Below, piece after piece: positions 41,956 through 52,600 of a stretch of 64,000 nucleotides of DNA. This stretch comes from Methanotrichaceae archaeon (GTDB lineage Archaea > Halobacteriota > Methanosarcinia > Methanotrichales > Methanotrichaceae). The first letter of the stretch is position 1. The number at the start of each line of letters is the position of its first letter. A model generated the notes under the pieces. The model worked only from the letters and a program-made list of their open reading frames with translations, had not been told where the DNA came from and did not search any database. The stretch spans positions 32,001-96,000 of the forward strand of contig CAVVKN010000012.1 of assembly GCA_963748825.1 (NCBI GenBank), read 5' to 3'. Position numbers and translations under genes: made by a program.

Positions 41956-43062
41956 CTATCGCCTCCCGGCGGCAGCAGTCTTGTCATTCATTATTCTCAA
42001 GACCGATCCGAAGAAGGGGTCTTCAGTGCAGAGCGGTCCGGGATTGGCTTCCGGATGGTACTGGACTGCCAGAACATTGAGCTTGTCGCTCTTTATGCCT
42101 TCGACTGTGCCGTCGTTGGCATTGAGTTGAGTGATCTCCAGATCCGTGCCTTCTACCGAATCAGGGACCACGGCGAAGTTGTGATTCTGTGAGGTGATGT
42201 AGACAATCTTCTTTTCCAGGTCTTTGACGGGCTGGTTACCCCCATGGTGACCGAACTTGAGCTTGAAGGTCTGGGCACCTAGAGCCAGAGAAATGATCTG
42301 ATGTCCCAGGCATATTCCGAAGACGGGAATCTGTCCGGCAAAGTGCTTAACGGCTGAGATGGCCTCATAGGCCCTCTCGGGATCGCCCGGCCCATTGGAG
42401 ACGAAAAGTGCCTCTGGCCTTGCCGCCTCGATCAGAGAGATGTCGGCATGAGCGGGAAGCACGGTTACATCAAATCCGCGGCAAGAGAGGCTCTTTAAAA
42501 TGTTCCTCTTAATGCCTAAATCCAGCACCACCATGCGAGGACCTTTTCCCTCGATGCGATAGGGAGCCTTGCAAGTCACATCCCTCAGCAGATTTTGCGC
42601 GGAGATATCGGCCTGGGATCGGGCCATTGCCACCACATCCATGTCTTGCACGTCTCTCCTTTCGCCAACGGCAAGCGTGGCTTTCATTACGCCAAGCTCC
42701 CTCACCTTCAAAGTGAGCATGCGAGTATCCACGTCGCATAGTCCAGGCTTGCCCTCATCGATAAGGAACCGATTGAGCGTTTTTGCATGGCGATGATGTG
42801 TTGGCCGGTCCCAGTACTCCCGGCTGACCATGGCGCGCGGCCACATCTTGTCGGATTGAAAATCCTCACCGCTTATGCCGTAGTTGCCCTGCAAAGGATA
42901 TGTGAACATAAGCATCTGTCCGTGGTAAGAGGGGTCTGTTAATGCCTCCTCGTAACCGGACATAACGGTAGTAAAGACCAGTTCACCCGAAACCACGCCG
43001 GGCGCACCAAAACCGGTACCTTCCACCCTCGTACCGTCTTCTAACCCTAAGACCCCAATCAT
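41956..43062 (-). CDS. carA: Carbamoyl-phosphate synthase small subunit
   Basis: LEDG, GELVFTT, SNGPGDP, GICLGHQ, SQNHNF, QYHPE; start set at MIGVLG. Confidence 0.95.
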   Translation of the reverse strand: MIGVLGLEDGTRVEGTGFGAPGVVSGELVFTTVMSGYEEALTDPSYHGQMLMFTYPLQGNYGISGEDFQSDKMWPRAMVSREYWDRPTHHRHAKTLNRFLIDEGKPGLCDVDTRMLTLKVRELGVMKATLAVGERRDVQDMDVVAMARSQADISAQNLLRDVTCKAPYRIEGKGPRMVVLDLGIKRNILKSLSCRGFDVTVLPAHADISLIEAARPEALFVSNGPGDPERAYEAISAVKHFAGQIPVFGICLGHQIISLALGAQTFKLKFGHHGGNQPVKDLEKKIVYITSQNHNFAVVPDSVEGTDLEITQLNANDGTVEGIKSDKLNVLAVQYHPEANPGPLCTEDPFFGSVLRIMNDKTAAAGRR

Positions 43063-43186
43063 AGTATCGGCAACACAAGAAGCTAAGTCACCTAAATACA
43101 TTTCGATGCTGGAAAATGGTTTTAGAGGCTTGGCTCTATCCGGCAGAATCACCATCTTTTTTAAGTTGGAGCCCTATTTCGCATGC

Positions 43187-43531
43187 ATGGAAGTTAAAGT
43201 GGAGATCTCGAAAAGCTCTGATTTCAAGCAGGTCTATGCCATCGGCGCAATAGGAGGCCACAGCCCCTATGACTTTCGCATTGCCTTTTACAACGACTCG
43301 CCCAAAACGGTGGTCGACGACGGCAAGAGCTTGACCATCATGGAGAGAAAAATCGATACGGAAATCATTCTCTCACCCCTGGCGGCCAAGGAACTGGCCA
43401 ACTGGCTGGTAGAACATATCAAGGACTATGAGAAGGTCTTCGGAGAGATCAAGAGGCCGGGATCGGTATCCCAGGGTCCTGCCGTTGTCGGAAAGGGCAG
43501 CGAGTCGGCAGCTATTCAGGGATATATGTGA
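43187..43531 (+). CDS. Conserved archaeal protein (DUF3467-like)
   Basis: VYAIGAIGGHSPYDFRIAFY..IILSPLAAKEL..WL...IKDYEKVFGEI. Confidence 0.65.
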   Translation: MEVKVEISKSSDFKQVYAIGAIGGHSPYDFRIAFYNDSPKTVVDDGKSLTIMERKIDTEIILSPLAAKELANWLVEHIKDYEKVFGEIKRPGSVSQGPAVVGKGSESAAIQGYM

Positions 43532-43538
43532 GGCAGCT

Positions 43539-44099
43539 ATGAACAACAAAGAGAAGGTGCTGCTGCACAGAGGCATAGACAAGGTCAAGCAGAAGAAGTT
43601 TGAGGAGGCCTTAGAGATTTTCGAGCGAGTGCTCGCTATGAACCAGGAGATACCGGAAGTCTGGAACAACCAAGGCGTGGCTCAATATGGCCTCGGCCGC
43701 TTAGAAGAGTCCCTGCAAAGCTACGATCGATGCCTGGCCATGGACCCCGAAAATCTGGATGCTCTGAGGAACAAGGGCTTTTTGCTGAGAAACCAAAAAA
43801 GGCTGGAAGAGGCGCTTCTGGTTTACGACTGCGTGCTCCAGAATGGAGGCGATGCATTTGACATGGAATCCACGGCAGCGGTATTGACAGCATTAGGGCG
43901 GTTGGAGGAGGCATTGAGTTGCCTTTACCTGGCCAGGGAGGCAATGCCTTTGGAGCGCTTAGAAGATGAGATTGAGATGGTAAAGAGCCTGATGGAGCAG
44001 AGAGGCATCCCCGTTCCTCAGGAGAGAGCCCCCCCGGAGATCGCCCATCAGAGAACCCTTCAGAGAGATCTTCAGAGAGACCTTCAGGGGAAAGAGTGA
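43539..44099 (+). CDS. TPR protein
   Basis: About four TPR units; C-terminal LQRD repeats from a 12-bp tandem. Confidence 0.8.
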   Translation: MNNKEKVLLHRGIDKVKQKKFEEALEIFERVLAMNQEIPEVWNNQGVAQYGLGRLEESLQSYDRCLAMDPENLDALRNKGFLLRNQKRLEEALLVYDCVLQNGGDAFDMESTAAVLTALGRLEEALSCLYLAREAMPLERLEDEIEMVKSLMEQRGIPVPQERAPPEIAHQRTLQRDLQRDLQGKE

Positions 44100-44168
44100 T
44101 ATTATCAAAAGAGAATAAATGAAGGGGTGCTTTCTGCATCTTAGAGCTTAATTTTTGGGGGATAGATA

Positions 44169-44402
44169 TTGAAAGGCTTCATAATGATAAACGTTGAGCC
44201 GGGAACGGAAAAAGCAGTCCATGATTGCCTGGAGGGCATCAAAGGTATTCGAGAGGTTGTGCCGGTCTACGGAGAGAGAGACTTCATCGCTATTGCCGAT
44301 GTGGAGAGCATATCCGACCTAAATCGGGCTGTGCTGAGCGTAAGAGAGATCAATGGAGTGACATATACTCAGACGATTCTTGGCATGGAGCTGAAGTTCT
44401 AG
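44169..44402 (+). CDS. Stand-alone Lrp/AsnC ligand-binding (RAM) domain
   Basis: FIMINVEPG..VYGERDFIA..VREINGVTYTQT. Confidence 0.8.
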   Translation: MKGFIMINVEPGTEKAVHDCLEGIKGIREVVPVYGERDFIAIADVESISDLNRAVLSVREINGVTYTQTILGMELKF

Positions 44403-44408
44403 AGATCA

Positions 44409-45593
44409 ATGCCCTCTATCAAAAATTCCGGCTCTCTTGCGCCCCTTTATCTGGCCGTCTTCGTCGCAGTCCTGGGATTCTCTCTGGTTGCGCCGTTCTT
44501 TCCTCGCTATGTCATGGATCTGGGCGCATCTTACACCATGCTCGGATTTATTGTCTCCGTCTACGGAGCGGTGCAGCTTCTCACCCAGATACCCATAGGC
44601 CGCCTCTCCGATCAGATGGGGCGAAAGAAGATCTTGCTCCTGGGCCTGGCCACTTTCTCCTTTCTGCCGCTCCTTTACATCTATGCGAAGAGTGCCAATT
44701 CTCTACTGTTCATCAGAGCATTAGGTGGACTTGGGGCATCAGCCGTCTGGCCCATTGCCATGGCACTTATTGTCGATCAGGCAGATGCGAAAAACAGAGG
44801 GGCAGCCATGGGCAGGTACAACGCTGCATTCTTCTCCGCCTTAGCTTTAGGCCCCCTGATAGGCGGAGTGCTCTACGATTTTTTCGGCCTGAATGCCCCT
44901 TTTTATTTGTGGGCTCTTCTGGGGGCTGCTTCGTTTCTTGTTATCTATTTCCGGGTAAAAGAGCCGGAGAAGATAAGGGTAAAGATGGGCCTTCTTCCTT
45001 CACGGGGAAAGGAAGCACTCATAGCACCCGGCTATCTGCCCACCTTTCTAGCCTGCTCCTGCGTCGTCCTCTGGGCGGGCGTGGTGGGCGGCTTCAACTT
45101 CACAATGCTGCCCAGCTTCGCTGCCAATCTGGGCTTTAATGCTACGGATGTAGGGATAATCTACCTGGTTTATGGAGGCAGCACGGCTCTTTTTAATATC
45201 TACTTTGGTCGCCAGGCCGACCGCGGAACAAGAAAAAAACTCATCTTCGCCGGCTGCCTGGCGGGAGCCATCAGTTTTGCTTTTCTCTCCCAGGCGGATG
45301 CCATGATCCAAGTCACATTCCTTTTTGCAGGTCTCGGAATGGGGCTGGGCATGGCAAGCCCGGCAGCCGCGGCGCTAATCGCTGATACAACATGTGCCGC
45401 CCGGAGAGGAGAGGTTTACGGCATCTTCAATACCGCTCGCATGAGTGGTGTGGTGATCGGGCCACTTATTGCGGGATTGACCGCGGATCTGCATGGAGTT
45501 AATGGTGCGGTCTATGCCTTTACAATGTTGGCTATTGCCATAACTCTGGGAACTCTAATCGTGCGCGAGTCAAATGAAATAAATAAAAAATAA
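44409..45593 (+). CDS. MFS transporter
   Basis: About 12 hydrophobic helices; motif A GRLSDQMGRKK. Confidence 0.9.
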   Translation: MPSIKNSGSLAPLYLAVFVAVLGFSLVAPFFPRYVMDLGASYTMLGFIVSVYGAVQLLTQIPIGRLSDQMGRKKILLLGLATFSFLPLLYIYAKSANSLLFIRALGGLGASAVWPIAMALIVDQADAKNRGAAMGRYNAAFFSALALGPLIGGVLYDFFGLNAPFYLWALLGAASFLVIYFRVKEPEKIRVKMGLLPSRGKEALIAPGYLPTFLACSCVVLWAGVVGGFNFTMLPSFAANLGFNATDVGIIYLVYGGSTALFNIYFGRQADRGTRKKLIFAGCLAGAISFAFLSQADAMIQVTFLFAGLGMGLGMASPAAAALIADTTCAARRGEVYGIFNTARMSGVVIGPLIAGLTADLHGVNGAVYAFTMLAIAITLGTLIVRESNEINKK

Positions 45594-45624
45594 GCTGTCG
45601 GAACTGCCTATCCGTCCTATTCTC

Positions 45625-46041
45625 CTAAAGCACTCCCGGAGCGTTTATGTTGCTCCAGGAACCTTGCGAACCTATCCTCAGAGAGGACTTGCTCTGCGCG
45701 TACTTAAGGTTATTTTCCAGGTGTCCGCCAAAGGTTACCGGGATGGGAGACATAGATCCAGGAGCCCTGCTGCCAATCTGGATGGTATTGGTATTGTTGC
45801 TAAGCTTGACAGGGATGGCATTGTAATAGAAGCTCTGGCCCAGGAGAGGGAAATAGGGTGAATCTATTATTTCCATAATTGATATGTCTGCCGGTTTGAA
45901 GGAGCCTGCCTGCGAAGTATAGCCCATCTGGAAGAACATGGGATCATCGTAAGTCCACATCGTTGCCAGGCCGGTGCTGGCCAGCATAAGGAGCACAGCT
46001 ACGGAGATTATGTATTTCATCATAGTTTCTCCCCCTGACAT
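45625..46041 (-). CDS. Hypothetical secreted protein
   Basis: Signal peptide MMKYIISVAVLLMLASTGLA. Confidence 0.6.
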   Translation of the reverse strand: MSGGETMMKYIISVAVLLMLASTGLATMWTYDDPMFFQMGYTSQAGSFKPADISIMEIIDSPYFPLLGQSFYYNAIPVKLSNNTNTIQIGSRAPGSMSPIPVTFGGHLENNLKYAQSKSSLRIGSQGSWSNINAPGVL

Positions 46042-46071
46042 TCGTTGGATTTAAACCTATCTCATCTGCCT

Positions 46072-46482
46072 TCAGGGTGTCCGCCAGATACCGCTGGAAT
46101 AGACCCTCATTGACGAACTGGATCTAGCAATATCAAGCGTTTTTGGCAGATCCCCATGGGTGCCGATCCACCACGGATTTGTCGGGTACTTGTTGACAAA
46201 ATATGGTTGATAGTAATAGTAAGGCTCTGCAGAGGTCCAGGGACTGTACCAGTAGGAATCGGCGTACGCCGGCCAGCTGCTGTAGCTTGGCGTATAACTG
46301 TAGGCGGGATAATAATATGGATAATACGGTTGAGTGGTAAAGAAAGGACCATAGCTATAGATCGGCCCTACGCCGAGCCAGTCCCAATATGTCTCGGATG
46401 TAGCTGCAGGCTCTGCGCCTGCAAAGGATGTCGATGTCCCCAAGAGAATGATCAGAAACAAGACTATTGCGATTTTTGCCAT
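46072..46482 (-). CDS. Secreted Tyr/Pro/Trp-rich low-complexity protein
   Basis: Signal peptide followed by PYYPYYYPAYSYTP-type segments. Confidence 0.65.
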   Translation of the reverse strand: MAKIAIVLFLIILLGTSTSFAGAEPAATSETYWDWLGVGPIYSYGPFFTTQPYYPYYYPAYSYTPSYSSWPAYADSYWYSPWTSAEPYYYYQPYFVNKYPTNPWWIGTHGDLPKTLDIARSSSSMRVYSSGIWRTP

Positions 46483-46638
46483 ATCCTATTCCCCTGCATA
46501 CTGGGTCTTAGAATAATATAAAACTTTCCCGCCCCAATCAAGCGGATTGAAAAAGAGATGAGATGGGCAGGACCTTTTGCTCCATCTCAAATGTATCTTT
46601 CTAAGCGATGCGTTATGCTTCATTCATCATGGGCGTTT

Positions 46639-49600
46639 TCACCTAGTTCTTCCTATGACGATCACCTTTTTGCTCACCACCTGATTTAGAAGCAAATAGT
46701 CCAGGCCTATCGCGCTGTCGTAGCCGGTAGCCGGCGCGTGCTTGCCGTCTCGGGCGTAGACAAAAACCCTATAGCTGCCGCCATCAATTGGAGCATTGGT
46801 CCAAGTCCACTGGTTCTTTGTAGACCAATCCTGCACAATCTTCCAGGCATTGCCTGTAGTGGGGCCCATCAGCCAGAACCGGTAGAGTATCGGATCTTTA
46901 TTGGCATCAGTGGCCATTGCAGTCCATTTTACTGCCGTTCCTGCACTCTGCGGACTTATCTTATCCGGCACCAGAGCCGTCAGCTTGGGTGGCTCATTGG
47001 GAGTGAGCTGATATGGCGCTCCCAATGCGCTATCGTAACTGGTTACAGGGCTATGCTTTCCATCCCGGGCGTAGACATAGACTATGTAAGCCCCGTCGTC
47101 GCTGCCGGAACTGGTCCAGGTCCACTGGTTGTTTATGGACCAATCCTGCACCACCTTCCAGGCATTGCCTGTGGTGGGGCCCTTCAGCCAGAACCGGTAG
47201 AGTATCGGATCTTTATTGGCATCAGTGGCCGTTGCAGTCCATTTCACTGTCGTTCCTGCACTCTGTGAGCTCTTTTTATCGGGAGTCAGAGTTGCCAGCT
47301 TGGGTGGCTGATTGGGAGTGAGCAGATACGGTGCCCCCAGTGCGCTATCGTAACCAGTCGCAGGATTATGTTTTGCGTCCCGGGCGAAGACATAGACGGT
47401 ATAAGCTCCACCATTGCTGGGGGAATCGGCCCATGTCCACTGGTTCTTTGTCGACCAATCCTGCACTACCTTCCAGGCATTGCCCGTGGATGGACCCGTT
47501 AGCCAGAATTTGTAGAATACCGGCTCTCTATCCGGATCTGAGGCCACTGCCGTCCACTTTATGGGCGTGCCGGCAACCTGGGCGCTGGGCTTGTCTGGCT
47601 TCAGGGAGATGAGAGTGGGCGGCAGGTTTGGCCGCAGCACGGTGAAAAGAGCTCCTGCATCGTCATCCCATCCAGCCGGGCTGGAGTGCAGGCCGTCTCT
47701 CACTTGCACCTGAATCTCGCTTGTTCCTGCGTCAGCAGGCGAGGTGGGCCATACCCAGGTAGAGTCGGTGGACCAATCCCGCGCAATCTTCCAGAATCCG
47801 CCCGTAGCTGGTCCCTTTACCCAGTACCTGTAGAACACAGGGTTTCCTTCTGGGTCCATGGCTGATGCCCGCCACCCTACGGTGGCACCTATGGGCTGCG
47901 GGCTAAACACATTGCTGGCCAGGCTGGTGATAACCGGCGGAAGGTTCTGGTTGATGATAGAGAAGCGAGCGATTTCATAGTCGTCTGAGCCTCCCGGTCC
48001 GGCATGATTTCCGTCCCTAACTGCTACCAGCACCTCGCTGTTGCCGGCGTCCATGGGATTGGTTCTCCAGATCCAGCGGTTGTTCTTGCCCCAGCCGGTC
48101 TGGTCCATCCAAAATCCGTTGGTAGAAGGCCCGCGCAGATAGAACTTGTACTGCAGGGGATTTCCCTCCGGATCTGAGGCCAGTGCTGTCCACCTAATCC
48201 AGCTTCCCACAAACTGAGGAGCCGGCCGATCGGAGAACAGTACATTGACTCGTGGCGGCAGGTTGGCGACCGTCAGCTTATAAGTGATCGGTTTCCTGGC
48301 ATCAAAGCCGTTCGCATCGGAATGCATTCCATCTCTAACCCATACCTCAACCTGATAATCGCCAGGCACGTATCCAACTGTGCTCCAAGCCCAGAAGGCA
48401 CTTGTCGTGTAGCCCGTATCGGAACGAACCTGGCTGCTTGGGGCAGGTCCTTTGATGACGAACCTGTACTGCAGCGGATCGTTCTCCGTATCTGTGGCCG
48501 TGGCGGTCAGGACTATAGACTGACCTACTCTTTGCGGGCTGGTTGGGTTAGCCGTCAGAGTCAAGACCGTCGGAAGTAGGTTGTTGTTCCTATTGCCGAA
48601 GTTCAACTCCTTACTGTCGCCTGCCACCAGGGCAAACGTGGTAAATGCAGGCGAAGTTGCCGTCCAGCCGCTCTGTAAGACCTCGCTCAATGTGTAGCTT
48701 CCCGGATCCAGATTTGTGAAGCTGTACCCGCCGTTGACGTTGGTGGTTGTGGTCAGCTCCACGCTCGTGGAAAGGTTCATGAGCTTGATCGTCCAGCCGG
48801 AGAGGCCGGGCTCGCCGTTGTTGGCTCCATTACCATTGATGTCGTTGTACTTGACGCCCCAGACAGAGGCCTTGCCGGGCGGGGAGACAAGCCTATTGCC
48901 GAAGTTCTGGTTGGTCTTGCTGCCGGGCAGGGTAACCGTAAGCTCTGTTGCCGTAGTCGGCGTCCAGCCGAGCTGTGAGAACTCGCTTACCTTGTAGATT
49001 CCCGGGAAGAGCTTCTTGAAGCTGTAAGCTCCCGTGGCATCGGTCTTGGTCTTGGCCAGGATTATGTCATGGACAGGACCGCCTACCGGCCCCACGAAGG
49101 TCAAGGCCATCTGCCAGTTGGCAATTCCCGGCTCGCCAGCGTCTTTCACGCTATTTCCGTTCAGATCGTTCCACTTGACCCCTGATATGGAGGATGTGCC
49201 AAATATGGGAATGGGCGCGATGATCAGCGATTTTACTGTAATGCTGACGATAATGGGATCGTCCACCTCATAGGTTCCGGGAGCGAGGTTGCTGAATGTG
49301 TAGGAGCCGTCCTCGTCCGAGGTCACATTGGCGATCTCTTTTCCGTTTTGCACAAGCGTCACAGGCTGCCCTGGAATGGATGGTTCATCCGAGTCCTGCA
49401 CTCCGTTCTCATTGGTATCGTAGAACTTGACACCGGAGATGGTAAATCCGCCTTTGTTGCCGAAGTCCTTGCCGGTTACGTCAGCATCCAGCAGGTCCAC
49501 TGTGTAGGATCCCTCCTGGGGCAGGCTGACGGTCCATCCTTCCGAAGCGACCTCGCTTACGGTGTACTTGCCCGGAGCGAGGTTCTTGAAGGCATAGGAG

Positions 49601-52600
49601 CCATCCTGACTGGAAGTGGTGGCATTGATAACACTTTCCATCCTGGGAGAGCTGGACATTCCAGCCGGCCTGGCCGGTCTCATCAGCATCCTTGGCACCA
49701 TTTCCATTGCTGTCAAGGAATACGCTTCCGGATATGGCCCAGGACCCGTGGTTTCCGAAGTCCTTGCCCGTTATATCGGCATCTGAGAGCGTTATAGAGT
49801 AGGAGCCCTCCGCAGGTGCCGTCCTGACCCAGCCGGACTGCTCTGTCTCGGTGACGGTGTAGGTGCCGGGCAGGAGGGTCTCAAACCTGTAAGATCCGTC
49901 CTTTGCTGTTGTCAGTTCCTTTTGCACAGCCTCATTGCTCTGAGCTGTGCCGGAGAGCGTGATCTTCCAGCCCTCCATTCCCGGCTCGCCCTCATTGGCT
50001 CCATTGCCGTCAAGGTCGTTGTACTTCATGCCGGATATGCTGTAGGATGTCAGCTTATTGGCGAAGTTCTTGTCCGTAGCATCGCTGTCTTTCAATTCTA
50101 CTGAGTAAGCATCCTCTTGGGGAATTGTCCTGATCCAGCCGGAGGGCAATGTCTCGCTGACTGTGTAGCTTCCCGCCAAAAGTCGCTCGAAGCGGTACGA
50201 TCCGTCCACACTCGTCAGGGCGGAAACCTCGCTGTTATCGGGTTTAGCAAGTCGGATCGTCCAGCCGGATAAGGCCTCGCCGCTATCTAAGAGTCCGTTT
50301 CCGTTCTTATCATCATAAGCTGTGCCGGAAATGTTCATGGCCAGCTCGCTGATGGTGAAAAAGGCTACAACCTCGCTATCAGAGCTGTCTTCAGCCGCGT
50401 GCTTGCCGTCTCTTACCTGAACTTTGACCTGGTTTTCGCCGGCATCCGCAGAGGATGTCGTCTGGGTCCAGGTCTTGGCATCGCCCCACTCAGTCACAGG
50501 CTGCCAGGCTCCGCCGGTTACAGGTCCGCTCAGGAAGAAGCGGTAGAGCAATGGGTCAGAGTCAGCATCAGTGGCCTCGGCAGTCCAGGTAATGGTTGTG
50601 CCGGGAATCTGGGGACTGATTAAATCTGCTGTCAGAGATTTCAAGACTGGTGTCTGGTTCACTGCAGCGGGAATCAAAGGCTCCGTTTCATTAACGGGCT
50701 GCGCCGGTATTGTCACATTTTCCGGTGCTATAGGTGTGGTAATGTTGTCTCCCGCAGGAGGTACAACGGTCTCCGGGGCAATCGTCACAGCTTCCGTCTC
50801 ATTGGCGGGCTGCTGTGTCGCATTTTCCGGTGCTACGGGTATGGTTATGTTTTCTGTCACAGGAGGTAGCACGCTCTCCGGAACAGTCGTCGCAGGCCCC
50901 GTCTTATTCTCTTCTGGCACTGTTACATTCTCGGCCGTAACAGGCTCTTGCACCGGCTTGATTTCGGGCGCAGGAGCATTTATGGAAAACTCGCGGCTCA
51001 TGTTGCCGGCTTCTCCCAGCGGTCCCTCATGCAGGCTATCTTTAACCTGTACTGAGATCTGGCTGGTGCCGGGCTGCATGGCTATCCAGGCCCACAGGTT
51101 CTCTGGTTGCCAATCTGTGGCAGGCGTGTCGTTGACCAGGAAGCGATATGAAATTGGATCGGATTCCGGATCACTGGCCTGAGCTGTCCAGGTGACTGTT
51201 GTTCCCAATAGTTGTGGGCTTTCGCTGTCCGCAGTCAAACCGGCAAGAGCTGGAGATTCATTGAGCTTGGCCGGTACTACTTCTGCGAGCACAGGTGCTG
51301 GTGCATTTATGGAAAACTCGCGGCTCATGTTGCCGGCTTCTCCCAGCGGTCCCTCATGCAGGCTATCTTTAACCTGTACTGAGATCTGGCTGGTGCCGGG
51401 CTGCATGGCTATCCAGGCCCACAGGTTCTCTGGTTGCCAATCTGTGGCAGGCGTGTCGTTGACCAGGAAGCGATATGAAATTGGATCAGATTCCGGATCA
51501 CTGGCCTGAGCTGTCCAGGTGACTGTTGTTCCCAATAGTTGTGGGCTTTCGCTGTCCGCAGTCAAACCGGCAAGAGCTGGAGATTCATTGAGCTTGGCCG
51601 GTACTACTTCTGCGAGCACAGGTGCTGGTGCATTTATGGAAAACTCGCGGCTCATGTTGCCGGCTTCTCCCAGCGGTCCCTCATGCAGGCTATCTTTAAC
51701 CTGTACTGAGATCTGGCTGGTGCCGGGCTGCATGGCTATCCAGGCCCACAGGTTCTCTGGTTGCCAATCTGTGGCAGGCGTGTCGTTGACCAGGAAGCGA
51801 TATGAAATTGGATCAGATTCCGGATCACTGGCCTGAGCTGTCCAGGTGACTGTTGTTCCCAATAGTTGTGGGCTTTCGCTGTCCGCAGTCAAACCGGCAA
51901 GAGCTGGAGATTCATTGAGCTTGGCCGGTACTACTTCTGCGAGCACAGGTGCTGGTGCATTTATGGAAAACTCGCGGCTCATGTTGCCGGCTTCTCCCAG
52001 CGGTCCCTCATGCAGGCTATCTTTAACCTGTACTGAGATCTGGCTGGTGCCGGGCTGCATGGCTATCCAGGCCCACAGGTTCTCTGGTTGCCAATCTGTG
52101 GCAGGCGTGTCGTTGACCAGGAAGCGATATGAAATTGGATCAGATTCCGGATCACTGGCCTGAGCTGTCCAGGTGACTGTTGTTCCCAATAGTTGTGGGC
52201 TTTCGCTGTCCGCAGTCAAACCGGCAAGAGCTGGAGATTCATTGAGCTTGGCCGGTACTACTTCTGCGAGCACAGGTGCTGGTGCATTTATGGAAAACTC
52301 GCTGCTCATGTTGCCGACTTCTCCCAGCGGTCCCTCATGCAGGCTATCTTTAACCTGTACTGAGATCTGGCTGGTGCCGGGCTGCATGGCTATCCAGGCC
52401 CACAGGTTCTCTGGTTGCCAATCTGTGGCAGGCGTGTCGTTGACCAGGAAGCGATATGAAATTGGATCAGATTCCGGATCACTGGCCTGAGCTGTCCAGG
52501 TGACTGTTGTTCCCAATAGTTGTGGGCTTTCGCTGTCCGCAGTCAAACCGGCAAGAGCTGGAGATTCATTGAGCTTGGCCGGTACTACTTCTGCGAGCAC

